Part shown: positions 1-35,384 of the stretch, in pieces | How the letters are laid out: the number at the start of each line of letters is the position of its first letter | How positions within the stretch are numbered: position 1 is the stretch's first letter | NCBI GenBank assembly: GCA_963693365.1 | Contig: CAVNZM010000004.1 | Span: 12,943,088-13,007,087 of the forward strand | DNA length: 64,000 nt | Reading direction: 5' to 3' | Source of the DNA: Amoebidium appalachense | Taxonomy: Eukaryota > Protista > Ichthyosporea | Program-made: the position numbers and the translations under genes | The notes under the pieces: model-generated | The model's input: the letters and a program-made list of their open reading frames with translations, nothing else | What the model was told of the DNA's origin: nothing | Databases searched by the model: none

Positions 1-370
1 TTCCCTTCTTTTTCTCTTGTGTGTGTATGTCTGGGGCGTGTTTGTGTGTGTGTTGGGGGGGGGGGGGGGGGGGGGAATGTTTGTGGCCTATGTATTTCCT
101 TGCCTACCTGATAGGCGGCTGTGTGGGATGTGTCGTTGTTTGATGGGCAGTGGTGTGCAGTGCAGTTAGGGGTTAGTAATGAATTTCGCAACTTGCTCAT
201 CATAGATGTAACTTTTTGAGTGATAATGCTTAGGTTGATAGGAAGTGTTCGAGTCCTTTGGTTAGGTTGTATCGAAAATGCAGACAGGCACTCAAGTGTT
301 TGCTGAGTGTTTGATTCATCTGATCAGTGTGGCGGCAAGTGTTGTATTGTCATTATTGATTCCCAAACAG

Positions 371-9925
<9,555 letters not shown>

Positions 9926-10446
9926 ATGGCCTGGTGGGTGGGATGTCATGTATGCTGGCTTGTACATGTGGTTTGCCTGCGTGGATGCCTTGAAATGCGA
10001 CTCCTACAGCCGAGTATTCGTGTATATAAGAACCTGATCCGTTGACAATAGGTTATAGGGGCTAGGGCTAATTGTACCGCAGTTTAGCAGTTTCTGTATG
10101 CATAAGAACACGACTCGTGGTTTTGAAGGTTAGACGTAGGCCTTTATACTTGCGCCCTCGCTTGTCAATGAGGTGGTGTGTGCTGGCACATTTCGCCTTT
10201 TCCTTTTTCTTCACAAGAATTTCAGTGAAAACACGGTAGTTTGGGGTTTGTGGGGGGCTGGGTTTGGGTGTGGTTGTAGTTTCTCCTTGGGTACCTGGTG
10301 GGTACATAATGTGTTTGCCAGATATAGACAAGATGGACAGAAGCAGAGAGGCTGCAATTATGTCCATTTGCATTTGTATGAACACCTAGAGCTCCGCGTT
10401 CTTTGTTTGACGAATTGACATCCGATTGTGGCACCTGCGTGCACGT

Positions 10447-10490
<44 letters not shown>

Positions 10491-10922
10491 CATGCCGGCC
10501 GCGGCTTCATGCTGCTGGCAGACATGGCATGTAACGGTTACAAAATGTCACTGCACACCGACACTAACATGCATCATACACGGAATGCATCCGCACATCC
10601 CTCGTGTTCATTGCACAGCATCACTCAGTCTGTACTTGCTTGCGGCCAAGATAAGTTTCGAGAGGCACAGAACTTGTCTTTTTTGCAAACCCCAGACACG
10701 CACCTCAAATTTAAAGGGGAAGGGATTGTGTGTACAAGATGCGACTAATAACTTTCAGTCACATCAAGGACATCGGAAGGGGTGCTTGGTCTCCCCGTGG
10801 CCATTACAGGATTCAAAATGTTTACTATTAGAAAGCAATTTCATACATACATACATTCTGCTAAAACACAAAACCAGCCCGTTATTGGGGGGTCTAGCCA
10901 CACCTTTTTAGTTTGAATCCCA

Positions 10923-16483
<5,561 letters not shown>

Positions 16484-17644
16484 AGTTCACAGGCAGATAT
16501 ATGGTATGCTTTTACATGTCACAGCCGAAAGAAGTGTACAGAATTACTACTCAGGGATTCACTTTTGTCTACCTGCTATTTGGTTTTCAATCAAAGACTT
16601 ATCAAGTTTCTCTACACTCAGGAGCAAACTGCACCTCGCGCCATTACTACAGAATACGAGCTCACCATACCGCCATAACTTCAACCCCCCTTTCCCTTTG
16701 GACAACACACTTTCCCGCCGCTTGCTGCTCTGGCCACCACAAAACGCTAAGGAATAATTAGAAACACGTTGTCTGACACGTTGCCCATCTCTTGTTTGCT
16801 GCAACGGGCCCATAGCAACCTCCGAGGAATGTGACAACCTAAACCACAATCCCTGAAATCTAAGACCCCAATCTGTCACATTTCCGGCTTTAGCTCGGAC
16901 CGTACAGCTGTATCGTACACGGCTCTAAATATCGGCAGCGGCCAAGGCCTAAATAGAAGAATTGCGCTTGTTTGGCTTAGTTATATATTTATAGGATCTA
17001 AGGCTAGAAGCCCAAATTTCCGTATTTATTAATAATAAATGATCTCGATTCAAATTTCTGAAAACCAGTCTTTTTGTAGGGGCTGTGAGTCTTCGATTTT
17101 ATTCGAGTGACATATAGAGTCGATCACTTATCTCCTGCGCTCATACAGAAACCTTTCTGTTTTGTTGTACTCACACTAAAATAGAGTAAAATTTTGGCAG
17201 TGCTTTTATTTTTTTTATTACTCAACAGGACTTGGATCGATGCGCACCAGCGCTGCCACAATAGAAAGTTTCAAAGTTGGCAAGTTGCAACTTGTACATG
17301 CCCATGGTAGACGTCGACGATTGGTCCTTACATAAATTTCTTGACATGACTGTATATCCTGAAGTTTGAACTTACGTCGACAAGCGGTGGTGTATCTAAA
17401 GTTATTAAAACATTTAGTTATGAAAAATAGACAACCACACGAAAGCATGTGGTGTTGGGAACTTGCCAATTGTACAATAACAACCCGGATATAAAGGAAA
17501 AAATTTAATCCGTTCTCTGTTTATTATATGTCTGGTAAGTGACTCCACAGTGCCATCTATCATCATCCATTTTACCACCAAAACCTATCCAGGAACAAAT
17601 TATTTTGGCAATATTTGCAGGATACCGCACCTTCTTCCAGAGCC

Positions 17645-17653
17645 TATAAAAAG
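17645..17653 (+). promoter_or_regulatory. Candidate TATA box of the EF-hand gene
   Basis: TATAAAAAG about 70 bp upstream of the ATG at 17719. Confidence 0.45.
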
Positions 17654-17718
17654 ACGATTTTTTCTTCCAAGCTGGTCAGTCCTGATACGTGCCCTCATCT
17701 GTCAAACACCTTGTCAAA

Positions 17719-18000
17719 ATGGCTTTCTTCAAGGCTTTCCTTCAGGACGACGCCAAGGTGCGTGAAACCTCAGACAAGGTCTTCGACCAGTTTGACGCCG
17801 ACAAGAGCGGCCAGCTGAACGCTGCCGAGCTTACTGAGGCTGCCAAGACCCTTGTGGCCAAGATCCCGGGCTGCCCTGAGATCCCCCCTTCTGCCATTGA
17901 GAAGGTTGTGAGCACCAACGACACGGATAAGAGCGGCGGACTCTCCAAGGATGAGTTCTTCCAGTTCAGCAAGACTTTCCTCGGCAAGCTGCCCTTCTAA
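17719..18000 (+). CDS. Small two-EF-hand calcium-binding protein (93 aa, intronless)
   Basis: Two canonical loops, DADKSGQLNAAE and DTDKSGGLSKDE. Strongly C/G-ending codons and an AAAATGG start context. Confidence 0.88.
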   Translation: MAFFKAFLQDDAKVRETSDKVFDQFDADKSGQLNAAELTEAAKTLVAKIPGCPEIPPSAIEKVVSTNDTDKSGGLSKDEFFQFSKTFLGKLPF

Positions 18001-18868
18001 ACGGCAATTATCTACTGCCGGAAACATGAGCGAAACGGCGTTTGTGGGTGAACGTATGATAGTATGACGTATGAATGGCTGCTAAGGTCTGTTAACCTTA
18101 TGCCAGGCACTGAAATAAACATAATGCCACGGTGTTGGGCTGTGACCTGACCGGGCACCTAATTCTTCTAAGCTCTGCTATGAATGTGCTGAGGCACCAG
18201 GTTTCTGCTAGGACAAGTACGTGAAGCACTGTGGTTACTTTCTTTTTGCCTCCAAGCCCCAGTGAACTCTGTTGTTCCCGCTCTCAGACTGCGGCTTTCG
18301 TTTTGGCAGTAGTGCTTTGCCCCTCCCCCCTCCCTCCCCCCCCCCCCCCCAAACACACACATAAACCACCCTTCAACACCCCCCCTTCCCCACCTGCCCC
18401 TTTTCTTCCCCTTTCTCTCTGCCCCCTCTTCTCTCTACGAAACTTCTCAGCTCTCCTTGTCCTCACCTCCATCGGCACCTTGCTAAATATTAACTTCCAG
18501 CAATCAAAGTAACTTGAATGAATAATGACTCTTTGGAATAGATGCCGGCAGTCATAAATCTTATTGTAGGCCATTCTTGGCTTACATAATATAGTATACG
18601 TAGAATAGTCCTGTATCACTTTTTCGTCACCCCCACCTCAAACCCCTACCTCCCCATTATGCCAGGAGTTTGCACGTTGTGCAACTTGTGCTTCCATGTG
18701 CGAAAACGTCGATTTAACTAAGTACCAATCCCACCCCTCTCCCCCTCGAGCTTCTTTGTGAATATGAACTTTGTACACCATAACCGACAACGCATTCTAC
18801 CCTACCCCGGCGCCCCCCCCCCCCCCCCCCTGCCCCCCCTTCTTGCTCAAGTTCTTTCTTGCAGAGTT

Positions 18869-18976
18869 TAGCCCTTGCTCCAATAGCCTTTTAGTCTTTA
18901 CCCCTGAGTAGCTATACTGAAGTATAGCCCTTGCTCCAATAGCCTTTTAGTCTTTACCCCTGAGTAGCTATACTGA
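18869..18976. repeat. 56-bp-period tandem duplication
   Basis: TAGCCCTTGCTCCAATAGCCTTTTAGTCTTTACCCCTGAGTAGCTATACTGA occurs twice. Confidence 0.9.
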
Positions 18977-19463
18977 GGTTGTCTAGAGCCTCGACCAGTG
19001 CATGCGCATGCCCCCCGGGCCCCCCTGCCCATCGCCCTCCCCTCCCCCAATGATTGCCAGAGTCATGCACACGACACGTGTCACGACAGTTGCCAGTCAC
19101 ACAACATGCCTACCCAACAGACATCCTATTGTGACCGAACCACCGGCAACATCGGCAACAAGCAAAAACTTGAGACACATCACAATAACTGTGACAACGG
19201 TTCTCACGACGGCTTTTATTCGTGACAGGTCCTGTTGTCCTGACAGTGTCCACAAAGGAGACCAAGCACGGGTGGCCACTTCTTCTATCGATGTTTTGCT
19301 TACAGCTCCTAGCCCGCTAGCGCTAGTGTAACTACTAAAAAGGTAGTTCCTGTCCAGCAGGCCCACCACACCCCCTTATCTACAACTTAAATCCCCTCCT
19401 CCCCCCCCCCCCCCCCCCCCTCCCCCCCCCTCCCCCGGCGAGCCATTAGGAAGCCCCCCCGGG

Positions 19464-19996
19464 TCATTCCTTGCCCAGGCCCCACTTGTTGACGCTCCTC
19501 CTCAGCACCTCTATAGCCTCCCTTGGGTCGTCGGCCAGGAACACGCTGCTGCCGGCCACTATCATGTTGGCTCCGGCTTTTGCAGCCGTGTCGATGGTGC
19601 TGGGCCCCAGGCCGCCGTCCACCTCGATATCCATGGTGGGGTAGGTGCTGCGCAGGTACTCAACCTGTAAGAGCAGGACGTCAGGACGGGTCGGAGGAAG
19701 AGGAGAGCCACGGAGGGGGAAGGCGCGCGCGCGCGCGCGCGTGTGTGTGTAATTTTAATTGTTTATTCATTTATTTTGTGTGTGTGTGTGTTTGAGTGGG
19801 GGAGGGGGGAGAGGTGGGGGGAGGGGGAGAGGGGAGAGCGGGGGGAGGGGGAGCTGGCTGATATAGACAGCAAGGTCTGCATCTACTGCACACGTCGTGC
19901 TACCATGCAAGCAAACACACCAACTGCATGAACGTCACGATGGCCCACAAACACCTACAAGCATATGTATGCATGGAAGAAGGGAGGGGGAGGCAG

Positions 19997-20047
<51 letters not shown>

Positions 20048-20167
20048 GGGGGTGTTACCTTGGGCATCATGTCGGCCATGAACTTTTGGCCCCCAAATCC
20101 AGGCTCCACGGTCATCACCAGGACCATGTCAACCAAATGTGCCAGAGAGTCCACCACCCTGTGTATG

Positions 20168-20261
<94 letters not shown>

Positions 20262-20793
20262 TGTGTGTGTGTGTTGTGCGCGCGTGCGTGCATGTATGTG
20301 TTGCATGTTTGTGCACACGTGTCCCGGAAGAGGGTGGTGGTTAGAATGCGTCAGAGCACAATGTATACCAAGGTGGAGTGTTCTGACAAATGGCACGCTG
20401 TATATTACAGTAACCATGCAGTTTCGATTCAGATCTCAATTTCTTTCTCTCCGGTCATTCTTTTCAGGCGTGAAGGTTGAGGGATAGGGGAAAGAAATTT
20501 CCTTTCTTGGCTGACACAATGTGCTGCTCCAATAATATCCGTGGTGTCATTTTATGCAATACTGGGTAGATCCCCCTCCCCCCAACCCCCCCCCCCCCCC
20601 CCCTCCACCCCCCACCACTACCACCACCGTCGCCGTGAATGTGTACTTTGTCCTCTAAAGCGCATCCATCCCCCCCCCCCCCACCCCCCCACTAAATAAA
20701 TACACACCCATGATGCCTGACAGCATCCACAATAACACATCTTTAACCCGGGGAATAAGCAAGCAAGTGATGACGAGAAGCGCTGAAGGTGGG

Positions 20794-20863
<70 letters not shown>

Positions 20864-20884
20864 GTGTGTGAAGGGGGAGGAATG

Positions 20885-20925
<41 letters not shown>

Positions 20926-21516
20926 GGTTTACTTGACGTCCGTGCCGGGCTTGATGCCCACACCGACCTTCATGCCAGCATCCCGAATCATGCGGATGAG
21001 GTTGAGGGGGTCCTCTGGAGAAACATGTGGGCATGAGTGGATATGGCATACGTGCATACGTGTGACAGGTAGACCAGACGGAGAACAAGAAGGCAAGAAA
21101 GGTGTGGACAGGCACACAAACGGGTGGGAGTGGGAGAGAGAGCAAGGGTTCCTGTGTGGGTGTGGGTGTTGTGTGTTTGTGCCAAAAGGGGGGGGGGGGG
21201 GGAGTGCGGGGAGAGAGAACGAGAGATTTATCGCAGGAGAAAGAGAGAAAGAGATCATTGCCAGAGGATCTCGAAGGGGTGAAATGTGCACAGTTCGACA
21301 AATGATGAAAACACAACAATGCACACTGCACACATTGCTTTGTTCAACCCCCCCCCCCCCCCTCTCTTTCCCCCCTCCCCCCCCCCCCCCCCCCCTCCCC
21401 CTTCTCCCCCGGTCTAGCAGCACGGACGGCCTCATAGGAGCTACACACAGGAAGCCCAAGCGCACAGACGCAGACAGCCGCGCACGTGCGCACGCGCGCG
21501 CACCCACCCACCCACC

Positions 21517-21547
<31 letters not shown>

Positions 21548-22232
21548 GAGCAGACATGCACAGACAAATATGCTGAAACACATGCACATACTTGTGGACT
21601 CGATGTGGAAGGTGAACTGGTCGGCACCGGCATCGGCAATGTCCTTCACCCACTGCACGCACCCACTGTCAGAACACAGCATCACACGCACACACACATA
21701 CACCTGCCCTCATGTGCACATGCGCACACACGTGCATACCAACCCAATCTAGCCGCTTATTTTGAGTCTGACAGGTACTTCCAAACCAGCAACCACCAGA
21801 AGTTGCCTCCATGCTCTCAGATCTTCTCCCGCGTTGAACCACGACCAACGACACATTGCCACAACTGCCAACGAACATCTTTCGCCTCATCACAGAACAA
21901 CGAGTCCCTATGAATCTCTCTCTCTCTCTCTCTCCCCCCCCCTCTCCCCCGCCCCCCGCCCCTCTCAAATTTCTCCCCGTCCCCCGCCCCCCCCCCCCCC
22001 CCCTCCCCTTTCGTATTCCCTAGCTTAATCATAACACTCCAACATCAAACCAAAACCCCGAAATAACCACAATCACAAACAGGAGCACCAACAAGTATAT
22101 GATATGGGCGAGATTTTCTTAATAGATTTGTTTCTACTCCTGTGTGTATGCCCGTGCATGTGTGTGTCTGTGTGTTGTGTGTGTGAGCTGTTTGAGTGTG
22201 TGTGTCTGTCTGTGGTCTCTCTCTCCCTGTGT

Positions 22233-22287
<55 letters not shown>

Positions 22288-23068
22288 GAAATGGGGGGGA
22301 GGGTGGGTCTGTCAGCCCGGGGGAGGAGGTAGGGAGGTTACCTGCTCAGGCTTGGCCACCATCATATGGCAATCTGCAACATGCAACACACGTGAGTGAA
22401 GTTACTTTTCAGCACCAGTTGCCAAAGGACACTAATGAATATGTGCAATAAACAGCTAGTCCGCCCTACAGCAAGTTAGAAATTACACGGAGTTACAACA
22501 GGTCGCCTCTCATGTGACAAAGCAACAAACAGCCTTCCCTTGTGTTCAGCAGGCTGCCAAAAGTATAACGAAACAAAGACGCCCACCTAACCCATATTCC
22601 CACTTCTCGGGGTTACAACTAATCAGTTCTTATGTGACAAAACAACAAGCATCCTTCCCTTGCGTTCAGCAGGCTGCCAAAAGTATAACGAAAAAAACAC
22701 GCCCACCTACCCCATATTACTAGTTCTCATAATGTTGAAAAGAAATACTTTTCCGGAGGATATTGATTCAATTCTAACTGTTGACTTGGTTAGGCTGTAC
22801 GCCAGTTTCATGCCTCATTCCCGGAAGAGCATTGAATGTTCTGCCAGTAGAACATGTGTATGGACACCCACAAAGCACAAACACACGACACAGAGGGGTA
22901 GTAAAATCTTTCAAAAAGAAAAACACCACTCAGTGCCCAATCCCTCCCCGCTCCCCTTCCCCCCTCCCCCCTTTAACCCCCCCCCCCCCCCCCTAAAAAA
23001 AAAGAAGAAGAAGAAGAAGCGAAACACAGGCATACACACTGATGCGCATTAGCACATACATTGGCAAG

Positions 23069-23116
<48 letters not shown>

Positions 23117-23117
23117 G

Positions 23118-23153
<36 letters not shown>

Positions 23154-24074
23154 ATCACTACCCATGCCGGAAAGGGCTGAAGTGACAGGGGCAAGGGGGA
23201 GGGCAGGGGACGTAGTTGAAGGGGGAGTGGAGAGGAGGGGGGGGGGGGGGGGGGGAGGGGTACTCACCGAAAAAGGCATTAGGGGTGTGCTTTCTGAGGC
23301 ACTTGATTACAGGCGCACCAAACGTGATGTTGGGCACAAAGTGTCTGCAAAAGGGCCAACTGATGTCAGAAAAAAATACCCTTGTTTGTGTCGACGCCGC
23401 AGATGTAACCTCACAAGGGTGTATGCAGTATTCAATATATGTGCGAGAGACTTTGTGTGTGCTAGTAAGAGTGTGCAAGTGTGAGCTAGTAAGAGTGTAC
23501 AAGTATATGCTTGTGCGTGTGTGTACGTGAGTGTGTGCGCCCACACACCGATGGGTGCATGCAGGCACACACATACTTGTTCGTGTGAATGGTGCTAGCA
23601 TGCGCTTCTCCTAGCAACCTGTATGTGGAGGCATGCGGGTTGTGTACGTGTGTACGTGTGTTCATGAAACAGTAGAAAGAATACCATCGTCCAGCCAAAT
23701 GCAAACAGAGACAATGCACCTACTTCTGTCTAGGTGTTCCTGTCCATCCCACAGCCCACAACACCCTGTCCTTCCCCAGTCTCCCTACCGCAGGTTCACC
23801 CCACCCCTTCTTTCTTCCCCAGGCTCCCTCTCCACCCTGCCTACCCTCATCTGCCCCACCCAACCCCTCCTCCTCCCCAAACACATAAACAGACACCCAA
23901 ATTCACTCCACCAGACCCACGTGCTTTGTCCTTGAACACCACCTACCCATCCATAACATCCAGGTGCAGGTAATCCGCCCCACACTCCAGAACCTTGTTG
24001 GACTCGCTAGCCAGGCACGACAGGTCGCTGGCAAGGACCGAGGGTCCAATCTTGCACGCGCAACAATGCACCAT
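19464..24074 (-). CDS. RPE: Ribulose-phosphate 3-epimerase (cytosolic type)
   Basis: Seven in-phase exons: 24074-23947, 23344-23268, 22373-22342, 21652-21592, 21014-20933, 20158-20059, 19664-19464. Motifs [59 protein letters not shown]. Confidence 0.96.
22490..22720. repeat. ~120-bp-period imperfect tandem duplication in an RPE intron
   Basis: ATGTGACAAA...GCAGGCTGCCAAAAGTATAACGAAA...CCCATATT at ~22512 and ~22632. Confidence 0.85.
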
Positions 24075-24741
24075 TTTCTATATTCTTTGCTTTATACTTT
24101 GCTTCGATGTAATCACTACCTTGCCAGAGAACTGTTCTGAACACTACGTGTGACGTGTTCAGTGCTTTAGTAAAAGGCATCAAAGATCACGTGAGAGCAA
24201 ATTTGGCGTGAACTGAGCGCACTGATTGATGACGATAACGAACGAACCATATATGGCTAAACGTTAACTTGTGAAGGTAGACGAAAGATTGAATGGCTAG
24301 ATGCTCAGTGCTTAGCTCACACAGAGAGACTTCCCGGCACGATGTTTGATAGTATCATGTGCAAGCAGCTTTACATTGCCCATCAACTATAAAATTTTTT
24401 GTTAACATTCCCAATCAGGTCTTTTTTCTTTTTTTTTTGCTTTTATCTTCCTGCCCCAACAGGCATGACAGGGGCCTTCACTCATGAATCAGATATTGGG
24501 CTACACTCTTCGTAAACCTAACAGGTTCTGTCCAATCGCTATATTTCTTCAGTCTCAGTGACTCAGCCAATCATACGTGACACGACTTGAAGTCAGCACT
24601 CAGCAAAGCTCATCTATCCAGGAGGCCTCGCAAAGCTCCTGACTTGAAGTCAAGTCAAGCCAAGCCTGGCAAGTCATCGGGCATGACTGGGGAGTGCCTT
24701 TGCAGGTTAGCCGCCTCCCCCCCCCCCCCCCCCCCCCCCCC

Positions 24742-24785
<44 letters not shown>

Positions 24786-25084
24786 AACACACACACAAAC
24801 ACACAGAGGAAGGGGGGTGGGGGGGGGGAGGGGGAAAGGGGGGGAGGGTGAGGGAGGGAGGGGGGCTTAGTACAGGAGCCGAGGGCCCCACCCCCCCATT
24901 CAGTCCTTTACCCCCCTCCCCCCCTTCCCCCGGGCCTGTACAAGACCCCTCCCCCCCGAAGCTTCCTCTCCTCTCAACCCTTAACCCCTCCGAACCCCAG
25001 GTCCCCCCGGGGCCCATACCCGTGGCCATGCACACACACAAACACGCGATACACACACACAAGCACACGCACGCACACGCCCGC

Positions 25085-25155
<71 letters not shown>

Positions 25156-25164
25156 TGCACACAC

Positions 25165-25212
<48 letters not shown>

Positions 25213-25698
25213 ACATGTACAAACACACGCACACACGCGCGCAGGCATGTACACCCGGGCCCTGAAAATACTTAAATATATACAGCAGCATTTTATTAAA
25301 GCGACATTTACAGTGCGTTCCTGTCAAGACACGTTGCACGGGCCCGAAGTTCTATTGGCCCGAAGTTCGATCCGGTACCGGTAGTCCTTATAAATATCAA
25401 CTAGCACTGTGACACTCTTTAATTACAGACTATATACCAGCGTATTCTAGCTAGTCGTTGGCTAGCTCTAAGCGGAGCCACTGGCGTTATTCTGGGCCCG
25501 GGCCTGCCAGAGCCCACGTTCACTTACGACAATATACAACTTATATTTGTAATATATTCACCGTCTTAGCATACACACACTGCATGCAGCACAAATGTTT
25601 CTCTTGCACACAAGAATGCAAGCTAATAATAAGACACCAAAAACAATAACACACAAGCACGCGAGTCAAATTCATTACATTTAAATTTACCCAAGCAT

Positions 25699-34215
<8,517 letters not shown>

Positions 34216-35032
34216 TTTTGATTCTTGCCAGCGATCTAGGTGGACAGCTCAGTCCGCACGAGTTGTACAAACCAGTATACCTATTAGTTATATAAAGTAA
34301 TAAAAAGAAAGTGTTTCGAGTTCAGCAAGAAAGGATTAGACAAAACATGTTCTCTATTTCACGGGCAACGCCATTTGAATACTGCAGTTGACGTTGTTCA
34401 TGCAGCTACAGTACGAAACATATATTGATGCGTCTGGCTGCTACATGAAACTAGAAAGTATGAAAAGCATCATCACTATCACCTCGGGTATGGTCCGTTG
34501 CAAGAGCCCTTACTGTTCGTTCCTCAGGAGGATCAACTGAAAAGCTCACGTGCACCAGAAACTATTTCCATAAAGTGCGTACGTGTGTTCTGAACAGGTA
34601 TTCTTTGAAAATGATAATGACGGCAAACGTTATTGACGAAAGCTCCTTTGTACGTGTACTGCCACCCTACAGTGGCTTTCAGAGTATAAATATCGGAAGC
34701 CGTTATGTGGTTTAAAAAATTTGTGAGCCACGTGAGCGCACTCCGTGCAATTTGGATGCACGCGGCGGTCGTTATTTTTTTTCTCTTTCCTCTTTCTTTC
34801 TTTTTCCCCACCCTCCCCGTCCTTATTTCCGGTACCATAAACTTTCTTTCCTGATAAATATCCTGGTTAAATGACTGTAAAATGTGTGATTTATGTAACA
34901 AGTACATAGTCAACTGGCGTGTCATGGCGGGTGGTTCCATTACAACCACGGGGAATCTGGAGGATCTAGGATCGAATCTGCTTGACCAATTAACCAGAGC
35001 GGAAATCTAGATCTAAAAACATTAAGCCAGGG

Positions 35033-35336
35033 GTGTGGCAGAGCCTCAGCGACTTGACTTGACTTATGATTATAATTGTTTGGTGAAATTGATGACTTGG
35101 CTTGACTTGCAAGTCGCGACTTGGAGGGGTACTACTTATAGTAACTCCTCCAGCCAGCTGGGCCACGGGCGGGCATTGCGCCCCCCCTTTCACCCACCCT
35201 TCTATGCTTCCCCTCCCTAAGCCCCCCTCCCCCCATCAAGTCACTCCTAATGTCCGGCCTAAAGGCTTGACTTGACTTGGTTGAAGTCAGGAGCTTGGTG
35301 ACTTCAAGTCGCGACTTGAAGTCAAGTCGCCACACT
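35033..35336. mobile_element. GACTT/AAGTC-rich MITE-like repeat containing a 26-bp perfect palindrome (35299-35324)
   Basis: Clustered GACTTGACTT motifs. Ends GTGTGGC...GCGACTTGACTT and AAGTCAAGTCGCCACAC are imperfectly inverted. A related fragment lies at ~24583-24665. No clear TSD. Confidence 0.5.
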
Positions 35337-35384
35337 AACAAGGCATGTCGAAAAATGATTGGAAGCCATTTTCAGCTTCTCAGT

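Noticed and set aside
25343-25385. GGCCCGAAGTTC direct repeat as a transposon end
   Set aside because: No matching opposite end or TSD was found in the window.
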